Shown here in pieces: positions 48,538 to 58,628 of a stretch of 64,000 bases of DNA; the stretch's first letter is position 1, and each line of letters opens with the position of its first letter. Location: NCBI GenBank assembly GCA_963788395.1, contig CAWBGV010000031.1:73094-137093 (forward strand). The letters are read 5' to 3'. The notes beneath the pieces are model-generated. The model saw nothing but the letters and a program-made list of their open reading frames with translations. It did not search any database and was not told the origin of the DNA. The DNA is from Candidatus Doudnabacteria bacterium. Its GTDB lineage: Bacteria; Patescibacteriota; Doudnabacteria; UBA920. A program made the translations under genes and the position numbers.

Positions 48538-51420
48538 TCAATAATTCTGTAAAGGTTTTTTATAAACCTGCTCAAGAGTTTTAACGGGAATGTCCATAAT
48601 TTTTTTACCGTCAGTGCCAGCTACCGTCAAAGATGATCCTTTTATTATCCCGATTTCCGTTACCGCGATGTTTTTCATTAGGGCTTCGAATTGTTTTTTT
48701 AGTTTTGGATTAATGCTGACCAGAATTCGTCCCTGACTTTCAGAGAAGAGGGCGGTTTGGTGGTCGGGAACTTGGCCGGGTAGGTTTTTGACGGTCACCG
48801 ACGCGCCCAAGTTGCCGGCAATGCACATTTTTGACAGCGCCGCAGCCAGGCCGCCGCGGCCGACGCTGATGGCGGAGGCTAACAGTTTTTTTTGTACAGC
48901 TTTGTAAAAGGCCCGGTAGAGTCGGAGATTTTTAGCGGCGTCAACGTGTGGTACCGTCCCGGCGCTTATTAATTCGCTGCCGCCAAATTCGGGAAAAGTT
49001 TCGCCGAGCAAATAAATGCTGTCGCCGGCAGCTTTTGCGTCGAGCGTGACTGTCTTGGTAACATCTGGAATTACTCCTACAGTAGAGATAAGCAGCGTCG
49101 GCGGAATGGAAATTTTGAGCGGCTGGCCGGATTCGTCAAAACCTTTAAAATCGTTAAACATGCTGTCTTTGCCGGAAATAAAAGGCGTGCCAAAGGCGGT
49201 GGCGTAATCGTAGCAGGCTTTCACGGCTTGTTTTAACTGGCCTAAACGTTCCGGTTCGTTGGAACTACACCAGCAAAAATTGTCGAGCAGCGCCAGTTCG
49301 TCGATGTTTGCCCCGGCAGCTACGGCCGCGCGGATGGCGCTGTCGATGCTGCAAGCAGCGGATCGGTAAGGGTCTAATTCTGCGGCTTTGGGGTGCAGCC
49401 CCAATGACAGTATGATCCCTTTATCCGACGTGAGGACTGGCCTCATTACTGCAGCTTCGGCATTAACGCGTCCTTTGCCTTGGAGCGGTTTGGTCACGGA
49501 CGTACCTTGTACTTCGTGGTCATATTGCTGCGAAATAAATTCGTAGCTGCAAATGTTGAGCGCACAAAGTAAATTGAGGGTTGTTTGATTGTAGTCGATG
49601 CCGAGATTATGAGAGACTGGCGAGTTCATCACCGTCACCGGTTTGCTTTCGAGATGTTTAATCGGCACGCCGTCATGCAAAAAATCCATTTGCATGTCCA
49701 TGACTTTTTGTTTTTGGTATTTGACCACGCAGCGGCCGGTGTTGGTGAATTTTCCAATTACCGTGGCCTCGACGTCGCGCTGCTTCATGAGCCGCGAAAA
49801 ATCCTTCCACTTATTTTTTGGCACGGCCAAGGTCATGCGCTCCTGCGATTCGGAAATCCAAATTTCCCAGGGCTGCAGGCCGGGGTATTTTAGGGGCACT
49901 TTATCTAAATAGACTTCGCAGCCACCGGACTCTTTGGCCATTTCCCCCACGGAGGACGAGAGTCCGCCGGCGCCGTCATCGGTAATGCTGGTATACAAAT
50001 TCTTTTGCCGTGCTTCGCGGATAATTGCGTCGCTAAGTTTTTTCTGGGTAATCGGATCGCCAATCTGCACGGCCGTGGCAGGGGAGCCGCTGTTTAAGCT
50101 TTCGGAAGAAAATGTGGCGCCGTGGATGCCGTCTTTACCCACGCGTCCGCCAGCCATAACAATGTAGTCGCCGGGGCGCGCTTTTTTAAGGTGCGAAAGG
50201 CGGCTGCCGATTTTACGGGGAATGAGCCCCACGGTACCGGCAAAGACTAAGGGTTTGCCGCGGTAGCGAGGGTCGAAAAACACAAATCCCAGCGGCGTGG
50301 GAATGCCGCTGCAATTGCCGCCGTTGTTAATTCCCGCCACCACGCCCTGCATAATGCGCTCAGCGGAAAGCATTTTTTGGGTTTTGTCTTGGTCGCGATA
50401 GAGCTCGGTGGTATCGGCAGGGTCGGCTAAGCAAAAACCATAAAAGTTGGCAATGGGTTTGGAGCCTAAGCCAAAACCTAAGGCGTCGCGGTTAACACCC
50501 ACGATTCCCGTGACTGACCCGCCAAAGGGATCGAGCGCGGATGGGGAGTTGTGGGTTTCGACTTTGTGGGTAATGAGATATTCGTCGTCAAAAGCAATGG
50601 CCCCGGAATTGTCGGTAAAGACGGAAACGCAGCAGTCATCTTTTCCTTTTGCTCGACGGATGGTTTCGGTCGCGCCTTTAATGTAGGTTTTATATAATCC
50701 TTTCTCCAGTTCGTCGAGCGGTGAGGCAAAAATGGTGTGCTTGCAATGTTCGGACCAGGTTTGGGCCAGACTTTCCAGTTCAAGATCGGTCGGCTGACGT
50801 TTTTGCAAAATAAAATAATCGCGGATAGCGCGCATGGCGTCTAAATCTAAAGCCAGCGGTCCGCGGCGTTGGCCGGAAGAGTCGGGAATGCCTTGTTTGC
50901 CAATGGCAGCCAGTTCTTCGTCGGTAATATTTAAATTTATTTTTAAAGTTTTGCGGCTGCCGGTAAGTTTAACGCGGGGAATGGTTAAAGGCACGCCGCT
51001 GATTTTGATTTCCGCGGCCGGAATGATTTTTGCGCGCTGAATCAGAGGATTGTAGAGACTGTCGGCAATGGTTTGAAGATCAGCGGCGGTAAGTTTGCCG
51101 GAAATAAAGAAAACAGCCGAGGAATAAGTATTCTGGCCGTCTTTAAATTTGTGTTTGAGCCCGTCGGCAATGGTTTGGCGCGCGGTGGCGCCTACGTTGT
51201 CCGTGACTCCGGGTAAAAAACCTATTTCTATGGCCGCAGTGAAATTTTTTGGTCCGCGGTAAGGCAGGTCGGCTTGCTCAATAACCGGATTAGTCAGGAG
51301 GGCGGCTGCTTTTTGAATATCTTTGGCCGAGAAGTTTCCGTCTAGGATGTAACTGTCTGCTACTTCCACGGATCCCAGGGAACCGCTCAGCCCCAAATTA
51401 TGAAATTGTTTTAAACGCAC
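48538..51420 (-). CDS. purL: Phosphoribosylformylglycinamidine synthase II with a fused N-terminal PurS-like domain (PurSL)
   Basis: 960 aa, uninterrupted. There is an about 200-aa N-terminal extension before the PurL AIRS/AIRS_C duplicated core. GTG start. Confidence 0.85.
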   Translation of the reverse strand: MRLKQFHNLGLSGSLGSVEVADSYILDGNFSAKDIQKAAALLTNPVIEQADLPYRGPKNFTAAIEIGFLPGVTDNVGATARQTIADGLKHKFKDGQNTYSSAVFFISGKLTAADLQTIADSLYNPLIQRAKIIPAAEIKISGVPLTIPRVKLTGSRKTLKINLNITDEELAAIGKQGIPDSSGQRRGPLALDLDAMRAIRDYFILQKRQPTDLELESLAQTWSEHCKHTIFASPLDELEKGLYKTYIKGATETIRRAKGKDDCCVSVFTDNSGAIAFDDEYLITHKVETHNSPSALDPFGGSVTGIVGVNRDALGFGLGSKPIANFYGFCLADPADTTELYRDQDKTQKMLSAERIMQGVVAGINNGGNCSGIPTPLGFVFFDPRYRGKPLVFAGTVGLIPRKIGSRLSHLKKARPGDYIVMAGGRVGKDGIHGATFSSESLNSGSPATAVQIGDPITQKKLSDAIIREARQKNLYTSITDDGAGGLSSSVGEMAKESGGCEVYLDKVPLKYPGLQPWEIWISESQERMTLAVPKNKWKDFSRLMKQRDVEATVIGKFTNTGRCVVKYQKQKVMDMQMDFLHDGVPIKHLESKPVTVMNSPVSHNLGIDYNQTTLNLLCALNICSYEFISQQYDHEVQGTSVTKPLQGKGRVNAEAAVMRPVLTSDKGIILSLGLHPKAAELDPYRSAACSIDSAIRAAVAAGANIDELALLDNFCWCSSNEPERLGQLKQAVKACYDYATAFGTPFISGKDSMFNDFKGFDESGQPLKISIPPTLLISTVGVIPDVTKTVTLDAKAAGDSIYLLGETFPEFGGSELISAGTVPHVDAAKNLRLYRAFYKAVQKKLLASAISVGRGGLAAALSKMCIAGNLGASVTVKNLPGQVPDHQTALFSESQGRILVSINPKLKKQFEALMKNIAVTEIGIIKGSSLTVAGTDGKKIMDIPVKTLEQVYKKPLQNY

Positions 51421-52149
51421 TCCCCCCGCGCGTCTGGAATTTTACTATGAACGTCGATGCGAACGGCCATGGAAAATGGGGTGAATTGATAGGGTAATTA
51501 TAGCCGAAAGTGGCTAAAATCACAAATAAAAAGAACCCATCCTGAGGCCCTTATGTTTTGGAGGCTTTTGCCAACATCAGGAGTTGCGCAAAAGTTGAAC
51601 ACGAGCCGAAGGATGGGTTAAATTGGTGGCGTTTATCGAACACGAAGCGGTGGGCAATGTAGCCCAGACTAGCGCTTTACCGAGACCTGATTTTCACCAT
51701 GATATTGCGAGCATCTTGATGAGGATTGCAGGGGGGTCTCGGAACGGTCTCCGTCGAGGACGAATCCGTAGTTGTGTGGATTAACTCTATAATACCTCCT
51801 GTGATTGGTGTTTACCGTATCCGAAATTCGGGCGGCTAAGTCTGGAAACGGTGAGTTCCCATTGGTGTGGTGGGCGAGTGGAGTAAGTACTCCGGCGAAA
51901 AAATTCTTAGCTCTGTTATGCGCATAGTATTTGCACATCGATGCGTTGAGCTTAGAACTGCGTCGTGAACGCGAATAGCCATTTTCTAAAATCAGCCATG
52001 GCAGTTACAGAATAAAGCTTTATAGTGAGATTGTCAATAAAGAGGGGATCCGCCTTCGTCCATATTAAGATATTTAGTTGGTTGGAATGTTTTGTAATAC
52101 TACCAAGAGATGTGAAAATTTTATAGGCGGCTATGGCGGATTAATTTCT

Positions 52150-52186
52150 ATAATATTAAATTAAAGCAATTAAAAAAGCGCCCGAG
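52150..52186 (-). terminator. GC hairpin plus T6 downstream of the 52244..52723 gene (minus strand)
   Basis: The minus strand reads CCCGGCATCTGGCACCCTCGGGCGCTTTTTT. Confidence 0.45.
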
Positions 52187-52243
52187 GGTGCCAGATGCCG
52201 GGTTAACGGACAAATGGCGCCCCAGGGCGTAGACAGGACGGAA

Positions 52244-52723
52244 CTACACTTCAGCAGACCTGTTCAGCTCGTTGGTGGTCCATGTAATTGGACCGGAGCG
52301 TGCGACCTGATGAACAGCAACCGTTGGAGTGTTGGTGTGTGCCGGCGCCGCGTTGGCGCTTGCATTGTTTTGGTTCTTCGCAGGAATTGGTTTGCCGTGG
52401 TTTGCCGCAGTAGTAATAATATCGCGCGCGGTTACCTCGGGAACCGGAGTCCTGGAATTGACATTGGCGACAATGTTACGCGAGTTAGTAGCTGCGGCAA
52501 TGGCAGACAACGTGGTCTCGCGTAACGACGTGGTTACAGCGTTTGTGGCTTGGGGCGCGTCCGGCGTATTGGTGGGCGCATTAGCCAGGTTAGCGGTTGA
52601 GCCGACGATAGCAACCGAGTTAGTTGCGTTTGCGGCGTTGTTAGTCGCTGCCATACCGATAGTTGCGGTAAGAAAAAGCAGCGCGCAGACAGCCAAGGCA
52701 ATACCGAAGAAGTGTCGCTTCAT
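52244..52723 (-). CDS. Secreted low-complexity Ala/Asn/Thr-rich protein (hypothetical)
   Basis: Signal peptide MKRHFFGIALAVCALLFLTATIGMA followed by AxN/T-rich repeats. The region is locally G+C-rich. Confidence 0.4.
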   Translation of the reverse strand: MKRHFFGIALAVCALLFLTATIGMAATNNAANATNSVAIVGSTANLANAPTNTPDAPQATNAVTTSLRETTLSAIAAATNSRNIVANVNSRTPVPEVTARDIITTAANHGKPIPAKNQNNASANAAPAHTNTPTVAVHQVARSGPITWTTNELNRSAEV

Positions 52724-53032
52724 TCAGTTATCCTCTTTTTTTTGTGTCTAAACAGACGAACCTACCCCAAAGGTAAAATTCAGATTCGCTCGTGCGAAAT
52801 CATATGGCAATTTTAAGGATCCAAGCGGAATTTGTCAAATTTTGGCATTGTTGATAACTAGAGGAGGGCGAAGCATGAAGCATGAAGCACGCAACATGGA
52901 GCGTACTCTTACCATCCTTTACATTTATCCCGAAGGAAATGATCCCGAAGGAAGTATAGACAAAAGGATGCTTCTATGATATAGTAAGATGTCGTAAAGT
53001 TAAAAAACGAACCGACAAAATATCCAGAAGGA

Positions 53033-53281
53033 GTGAAGATGAACAGCGTAGAATTTAACGTAGTAATCAAGATAAAGAAATGGTTGCTCCAAACGATTGA
53101 GGCAGGATTTATCCTCGGTCTCATAGTTGCCGTTAACGTTGAGGTAAACCCTCTGATAACCTACGAGCATGTAAAATTCGCCGTCGCTTTAGGGATGATG
53201 TTTTGGGCAATCATAGGGGTGATTGTCTGGGCCTCCCATCATGACCGCAGGAGCAAAAGAGCTCAAAGAACCTGTTTTTAG
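53033..53281 (+). CDS. Small membrane protein (hypothetical)
   Basis: 82 aa with two predicted transmembrane helices. Confidence 0.3.
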   Translation: MKMNSVEFNVVIKIKKWLLQTIEAGFILGLIVAVNVEVNPLITYEHVKFAVALGMMFWAIIGVIVWASHHDRRSKRAQRTCF

Positions 53282-53475
53282 ACTGAAGCTTACTCGCCAA
53301 AATCGATCTTTGGCACAAGCTGCCTGTTCATCAAAATCGTAAAATTCAGACAGAACTCGAGACTGGCTGAATTCATCAAGGCGCGGAACTGTTTGCCGCG
53401 CCTTTTCTTTTGCCCAAAATTAAAAAAAGGGCTAAACTAGGGGTAAGAGTAGAATGTAAAATATCTCTAATTACC

Positions 53476-53821
53476 ATGAATTCATTGGATAAAATGACTA
53501 AGGATATTATTGCCTTTCGCGACCGGCGGGATTGGAAGCAGTTTCATACGCCCAAAGAGCCTATCACTATCAATAATGCTTGAGGCGGCGGAGGTGGGGG
53601 AGCATTTTCAGTGGAAAAATCCGGAAGAAATTAACGCCTATATAAAAAAGAATAAAGACGCGATTGGTCAAGAATTGGCAGACGTATTGCAGTATTTGTT
53701 TTATTTGGCCTACGAACTACATGAGATTTTAGAAAAAGCTTTTTATCAAAAGTTAAAGAAAAACGAAAAACGCTTTCCGGTAAAAAAGATCAAAGGAAAA
53801 CACACCAACCATTATAAATAA
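53476..53821 (+). CDS. MazG-like nucleotide pyrophosphohydrolase (all-alpha NTP-PPase), 1-nt frameshift at an AAA run
   Basis: MNSLDKMTKDIIAFRDRRDWKQFHTPK | SLSLSIMLEAAEVGEHFQWK...ELADVLQYLFYLAYEL, the EE..E/D motifs of MazG-like proteins. Confidence 0.65.
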
Positions 53822-53826
53822 TTGAT

Positions 53827-54519
53827 ATGGCCAGAATTTCCAGAAAAAAAATTAAATTACTATTTTCGATATCGATGGCACTATTTTCCGCTCCAGCTTA
53901 GTTATAGAGCTGATTAATGGCATGGTTGAGATGGGCGTTTTTCCGCAATTGGCAAAAAAAGAAATGGAAAAAGAATACCTGGCGTGGCTGGATCGCAAGG
54001 GTGATTATGAGCATTACATTAAAAAAGTTATTCAAATCCATTTGCGCTATATCGCCGGCAAAACCAGCGCGCAAGTTGATGCCGTGGCTAAACTGGTCGT
54101 TCAAAATTTAAAAAACCGTGTCTACCGGTATACCCGCGGACTCATCCGCGATTATGAAAAGCAGGGCCATCACCTTATGGCCATTTCCGGTTCACCCACC
54201 TATTATAGTGTCCCGTTTCGCCAAACTTTGGCATTTCGACACCTACTTTGGCAGCGTTTACGAGGTCAAAGACGGGATTTATACCGGGGACGTTTTAAAC
54301 CTAGATACCGTTAATAACAAGCACAAAGTCCTCCATGGCTACCTTACCGCCCATCATTTAAAAATTGATTTTGCCAAAAGCATCGCCGTGGGTGATACCG
54401 ACAGTGATGTCTCTATGTTGGAACTCGTGGGGCATCCTATTGCCTTTAATCCCAACCTGGCTTTAGCAAAACGGCCAAAAAAAACCACTGGCCTCATAGT
54501 CGTAGACGCAAAGACGTAA
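53827..54519 (+). CDS. HAD-superfamily hydrolase, subfamily IB (phosphoserine-phosphatase-like), two frameshifts
   Basis: MARISRKKIKLLF | FDIDGTIF (motif I, after the TTTT run 53864-53867) ...GHHLMAISGSP | IIVSRFAKLWHFDTYFGSVYEV (after CCC 54195-54197) ...GDTDSD (motif IV). Confidence 0.7.
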
Positions 54520-54628
54520 TTTACAAACTGCAAAATTACCAATTCCTCGAACCGTCTTGATTTAAAATTTAGCAGGAATTTATCGACGGTAGTTTATAAT
54601 ATGCTTACTAATTAGTAAGCATATTATT

Positions 54629-55288
54629 ATGTCCATAAAACATATTCATCCCGTGGATCAGCCGCGGGAAAAGTTGGAAAAGTATGGCGGAAAATTAAGC
54701 GATGTCGAACTGCTGGCGATTATCTTGCATACTGGCCCTAAAGGCAGCAACGTCCTGCGCCTGGCCACCGCTTTGTTGCGTGATTTTAAAGGCACCAGCT
54801 TGGCCAATGCCGGACGGGAAGAATTAAAACAAATCCGCGGCTTGGGCGCTAAGGTTGCCGAAATCCTGGCCTGTTTTGAGTTAGGGCGCCGTTTACTGCG
54901 CGACAAAAAAAGTTCCTTACTGCTTTCGCCGCGGCAGGTTTGGGAAGAAATGAAGGATATCCGCGGGCATAAGAAAGAGCACTTTGTTACGTTTTTTCTG
55001 GATACCCAAAACCAGGTTAATCATAGAGAAGTTATCTCAGTTGGCACCCTCAACGCCAGCCTAATCCATCCGCGGGAGATCTTTGAACCGGCTATAAAAT
55101 ATTTAGCCGCCAACGTCATTATTTCCCATAATCATCCTTCGGGCAGCCTTGAGCCTTCGGCGGAAGATTTGCAAGTCACCCGGCGCCTTCAGGATGCCGG
55201 CCGCAGTGTTCTGGGGATAGAGGTTTTGGACCACGTTATAGTTACGGCAGAAAAATTTTTTAGCTGGAAAGAGCAAAATTTACTCTGA
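54629..55288 (+). CDS. radC: RadC-family JAMM/MPN+ domain protein
   Basis: 219 aa, intact: HhH N-terminus, HNHPSG and SLEPSAEDLQVTRRL JAMM motifs. Confidence 0.9.
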   Translation: MSIKHIHPVDQPREKLEKYGGKLSDVELLAIILHTGPKGSNVLRLATALLRDFKGTSLANAGREELKQIRGLGAKVAEILACFELGRRLLRDKKSSLLLSPRQVWEEMKDIRGHKKEHFVTFFLDTQNQVNHREVISVGTLNASLIHPREIFEPAIKYLAANVIISHNHPSGSLEPSAEDLQVTRRLQDAGRSVLGIEVLDHVIVTAEKFFSWKEQNLL

Positions 55289-55693
55289 GCGCGAACTTAA
55301 ATTTTTTCTAAAGTCCTGGTGGATAACCCGGTTGACGGTCGCGGGCATGTACGTTATTATGTACATATAGTTTTTAAGAAACCGTCATGCCGCGATTAAT
55401 AAAATTTCAAATTGAAGTCTATTATGCATGGCATGCCCAATAAAATTAATTTGGGAACCGTGAATATTTACGCCGAAAACGCGGCTCAGGCTTTGGAATT
55501 GGCCAAAGAACAAATGGAGAGCGGCGCGGTTAGTTCAAGGCCGGAACTTTGTAAGACGGTTCCAACAAAGTTGGCCTAAAAATTTAAAAGCCCCCTGGGT
55601 TACAACATTGACGCAAGTGGTAATTTGAGGTACAGTACGAATCAGAGTAAAAACACCTGCTGCTTTAAATGAACTTTGTCCCCAAGGAGCTTT

Positions 55694-56059
55694 ATGAATT
55701 CTAAAACAACGCTGCCAATTTCCGAGGCCCGTAAAAAAATTTTTGAGCTGGCTGAAGAAGTTCAAAAACCGGGCCAGTACTATGTTCTTACGGAGAAGGG
55801 GCGCGCTAAGGCAGTACTGCTTTCGGCAGATGAGTTTGCTTCGTGGCAGGAAACGCTCGAAGTCATGAAAGATTTTCCGGAGTTAAAATTTGACATTCAG
55901 CAGGCCGAGGCGGATTTTCAGACGGGTAAATTTACTACTTTAGCCGGATTATTGGCTCGCCAAGGCTTTGTCCTGGCTGAAAAAGAAAAAAAGACTTATG
56001 CGGCATCGCGTCATCATTCCCAAAAAGGTAGAACTGGAACTCGAAAACGCAAAGCCTGA
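55694..56059 (+). CDS. Phd/YefM-family antitoxin (3' end uncertain)
   Basis: SD AAGGAG before ATG 55694: MNSKTTLPISEARKKIFELAEEVQKPGQYYVLTEKGRAKAVLLSADEFASWQETLEVM. The ORF continues 60 nt into the toxin gene through an A7 run (55986-55992), so the true stop is probably earlier. Confidence 0.6.
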   Translation: MNSKTTLPISEARKKIFELAEEVQKPGQYYVLTEKGRAKAVLLSADEFASWQETLEVMKDFPELKFDIQQAEADFQTGKFTTLAGLLARQGFVLAEKEKKTYAASRHHSQKGRTGTRKRKA

Positions 56060-56237
56060 ACACAAGGCCAGGATTTTAGCTGCTTTGGCTGCACTCTCCG
56101 CCGACCCGCTTGCCGGCCAAAAACTTAGCGGGGCTTATACCGGAACTTATTCCTACCGGGTTTGGCCGTATCGGATTATCTACAAAATTAAGGGCCGGGA
56201 AGTCCTGGTTCTATTAATAAAAATTTCACAAAAATAA
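55998..56237 (+). CDS. RelE/ParE-family toxin
   Basis: MRHRVIIPKKVELELENAKPEHKARILAALAALSADPLAGQKLSGAYTGTYSYRVWPYRIIYKIKGREVLVLLIKISQK, the canonical RelE layout. Confidence 0.7.
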   Translation: MRHRVIIPKKVELELENAKPEHKARILAALAALSADPLAGQKLSGAYTGTYSYRVWPYRIIYKIKGREVLVLLIKISQK

Positions 56238-56260
56238 AATCCCCTGTGGATTTCTTATAA

Positions 56261-56295
56261 AAAAGTTTCCTTTGAATAAGGAAACTTTTTTTGAT
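56261..56295 (+). terminator. Rho-independent terminator after the TA pair
   Basis: AAAAAGTTTCCTTT-GAAT-AAGGAAACTTTTTTTG. Confidence 0.6.
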
Positions 56296-56588
56296 TTGAT
56301 AGAAACTTTATCTTTTCTTTTAAGAATCTTGAGGGTGGGTTTGGTAAGATTGTACAAACACAATTAAAAAATAATCCATGGATAGTTTAAGTGAATATAA
56401 TGCTCTTAAGGAGCGCGCTCGGTATTGTTATAGACAGATTGAAAAAGTTCGCTGCCCTGCTCTTAATTATGAACTTGTCTTTTTTACCTCTGAAGGATTT
56501 AATATTATATTATACATTCAAAATTTGTCAACTTTTTTACTAAGGACCTAGTTCTGTAGAATTAGGAAAGTTAAAAAAATAAAATTCG

Positions 56589-57065
56589 ATGAAATTTACT
56601 AACCAACAATATCAAACTATTATTAACGCTTTATTAATTGCGGGTATGGTCCATTGGGTAGTGGGAGAAGTGAAAACAGGCGAGCCGGAAAATCAGCCCC
56701 AGCAGCTGCACGAAGTAATTGTTTATATGTTACATTTTGCCGCAGAGCATGATTTTGAAAACTGTGTAGACAAGATCGACGGTAAAATCATGGTTAACCG
56801 CAAATATTTTGAGCAAGCCATGAGCGAATTGGATGAATACGAAGAGTTTATCTTTTGGCAAAACCTGGCCCGTAAATTGGCCGAGCGTGATTTTTACCGG
56901 ATTTTTACCCAGGAACAAATTAAAAAGATGGACCAAATAAAATGGATGGAAAGTCGGATGGCTCTGGAGCTAGCCTATTTTAATGAATTCAAAGACCATC
57001 GATTAGAACGGCTGGAGGTGCAAAAAGAATTTTTCTCAGAGAATAAAAAAGTCGGGCAGGAGTAA
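56589..57065 (+). CDS. Hypothetical all-alpha protein
   Basis: 158 aa with no secure motif. HEVIVYMLHFAAEHDFE is vaguely MazG/HD-like. Confidence 0.3.
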   Translation: MKFTNQQYQTIINALLIAGMVHWVVGEVKTGEPENQPQQLHEVIVYMLHFAAEHDFENCVDKIDGKIMVNRKYFEQAMSELDEYEEFIFWQNLARKLAERDFYRIFTQEQIKKMDQIKWMESRMALELAYFNEFKDHRLERLEVQKEFFSENKKVGQE

Positions 57066-57082
57066 TCCTACCCGATTTGACA

Positions 57083-57695
57083 CTAGTGTCCGGGGTGGCG
57101 AGTGGTAATCGTCACGATGTAGCGCTTAATGCCTGTTTTATCATTCAGTTCCGTAACTACGTGGCCGGAGGCTTCATGGCTCCTGGGCTCCTGGAACTGT
57201 AAGTAAGCTCCTTCGTAGACTTGTCTGCCAAATACGGTAATTTGCTCCGAGCCGATTGGCCGGGTCAAAAAACCAGTTTTGGGGGTAGTAATGGGGAGCC
57301 GAACTGGTCATAAACCTAATGGCCGGTTGGGGTTCCGAAACCATTTCACCGTTTGCGTCACTGATGCTGCGCGGTTGTACCCAGGTTTTGGTGTATTTGC
57401 CGGGTACATTCCAGAAAATTCCGGCAAACGAATCTGGCTTGGTGGCGGTAATGTTGATGTCATACAGCAGGCTGATGGTGCAATTGGGACAATCTATGCG
57501 AGGCATCTTTTCATTTTTCATGGCATCAAGGCCATTTTGCAACATAGCAGTCAGGGCGGCGGGGGTGGGAACATAACAATCAACTTGGTTTTGTTCCGGG
57601 GGCCAGATTTGGGCGGGCGGGGTGGTTTGTGGTTGTGCATATGTTCCAATCATGGGCAGGAACACTGCGAAAAACATCGTGACCTTTGGGGTCAT
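57083..57695 (-). CDS. Secreted hypothetical protein, frameshifted near the C-terminus
   Basis: Signal peptide MTPKVTMFFAVFLPMIGTYAQP and Cys-containing motifs DCYVP...DCPNCT. The C-terminus continues in ORF 57083..57268 (...ITTRHPGH). Confidence 0.4.
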
Positions 57696-57819
57696 CTGGT
57701 GTTGCCTCCTTGTGAAAAATATATTATACCATATTGCCGGACGGTTTTCTCTGGCGCGGATTTTTCTGCTATAGTTATGGTAGTCAATCAATTGCTCCAG
57801 AAACCTAGAAACAAAAACC

Positions 57820-58536
57820 ATGGCCAGAGTTTATGGGCGAAAAAGCGCTTACTTAGAACAACGCGATATCCTTTATTATGTTTTATCGGCAGCCTTTCCA
57901 GTGCTGGTCTTGGCGGTGCTCTATGGAATTCTCAAAATTTTTGGGAAAGACAACGATATTGTTCTCTTAATCGCCATAGCGGTTTTAATTATATTAGTTA
58001 TTGTATTTGAACCTGTAGAAAAACTCTGGGGCCGCAGAGCCGGAAAATATTCTAGAGGATTGCACGGAGAAATGGCGGTGGCTAAAATGTTGAAAGATCT
58101 GCCGGACACTTTTGCCGTATTTGAAGATGTAACCATTGGGAAGAATCGCGGCAATATAGATTTTATAGTTGTCGGGCCGCCCGGTATTTTTTTATTGGAA
58201 GTGAAAAGCCACGGCGGGATCATTGGTTACAACGGCTTTGGGCTGACTCTGAACGGGAAAGCTATTCGCGATAAAGATTTTTTCCGACAAATTCACGGAG
58301 AAGTTTGGGCCTTAAAAAATTACTTACTCATGCAGCTTGGCCACAGTCCTTACATTCACCCGGTCTTGGTTTTTGCCAATGACTACGCCATAACTCACTT
58401 TGGTTACCGTCCGCTTCGGAATGTGTTTATTATCCAGAAGGAAGAATTACCAGCATTGTTTGTGCACTTTCCGGCAATGCAGTACATTACGCCTCAGCAG
58501 AAAATTGAACAGGTTTTGGCTAAGGTTGTGAAGTAA
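57820..58536 (+). CDS. NERD-domain (nuclease-related) membrane-anchored protein
   Basis: 238 aa, intact: two transmembrane helices, then GEMAVAKMLKDLPDTFAVFEDVTI...GNIDFIVVGPPGIFLLEVKSHGG. Confidence 0.8.
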   Translation: MARVYGRKSAYLEQRDILYYVLSAAFPVLVLAVLYGILKIFGKDNDIVLLIAIAVLIILVIVFEPVEKLWGRRAGKYSRGLHGEMAVAKMLKDLPDTFAVFEDVTIGKNRGNIDFIVVGPPGIFLLEVKSHGGIIGYNGFGLTLNGKAIRDKDFFRQIHGEVWALKNYLLMQLGHSPYIHPVLVFANDYAITHFGYRPLRNVFIIQKEELPALFVHFPAMQYITPQQKIEQVLAKVVK

Positions 58537-58628
58537 GAAGTGCTTACTGATAAGCAATTTTTAGTTACTCAAAGCGTCAAAGCATATATATGCGCCAAAA
58601 AAATTTATAAAACTCATAAACAAAACAT

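Noticed and set aside
51669-51938. 89-aa minus-strand ORF inside the pur leader
   Set aside because: It has no start-site signals, an odd composition (RRYYRVNPHNYG...) and no similarity. It is most likely a chance ORF in a structured non-coding region.
52214-52751. Plus-strand ORFs (52214..52525, 52329..52751) opposite the secreted Ala/Asn/Thr-rich gene
   Set aside because: They are in the same low-complexity G+C-rich segment. The minus-strand ORF has a convincing signal peptide, so the plus-strand ORFs are probably shadows.
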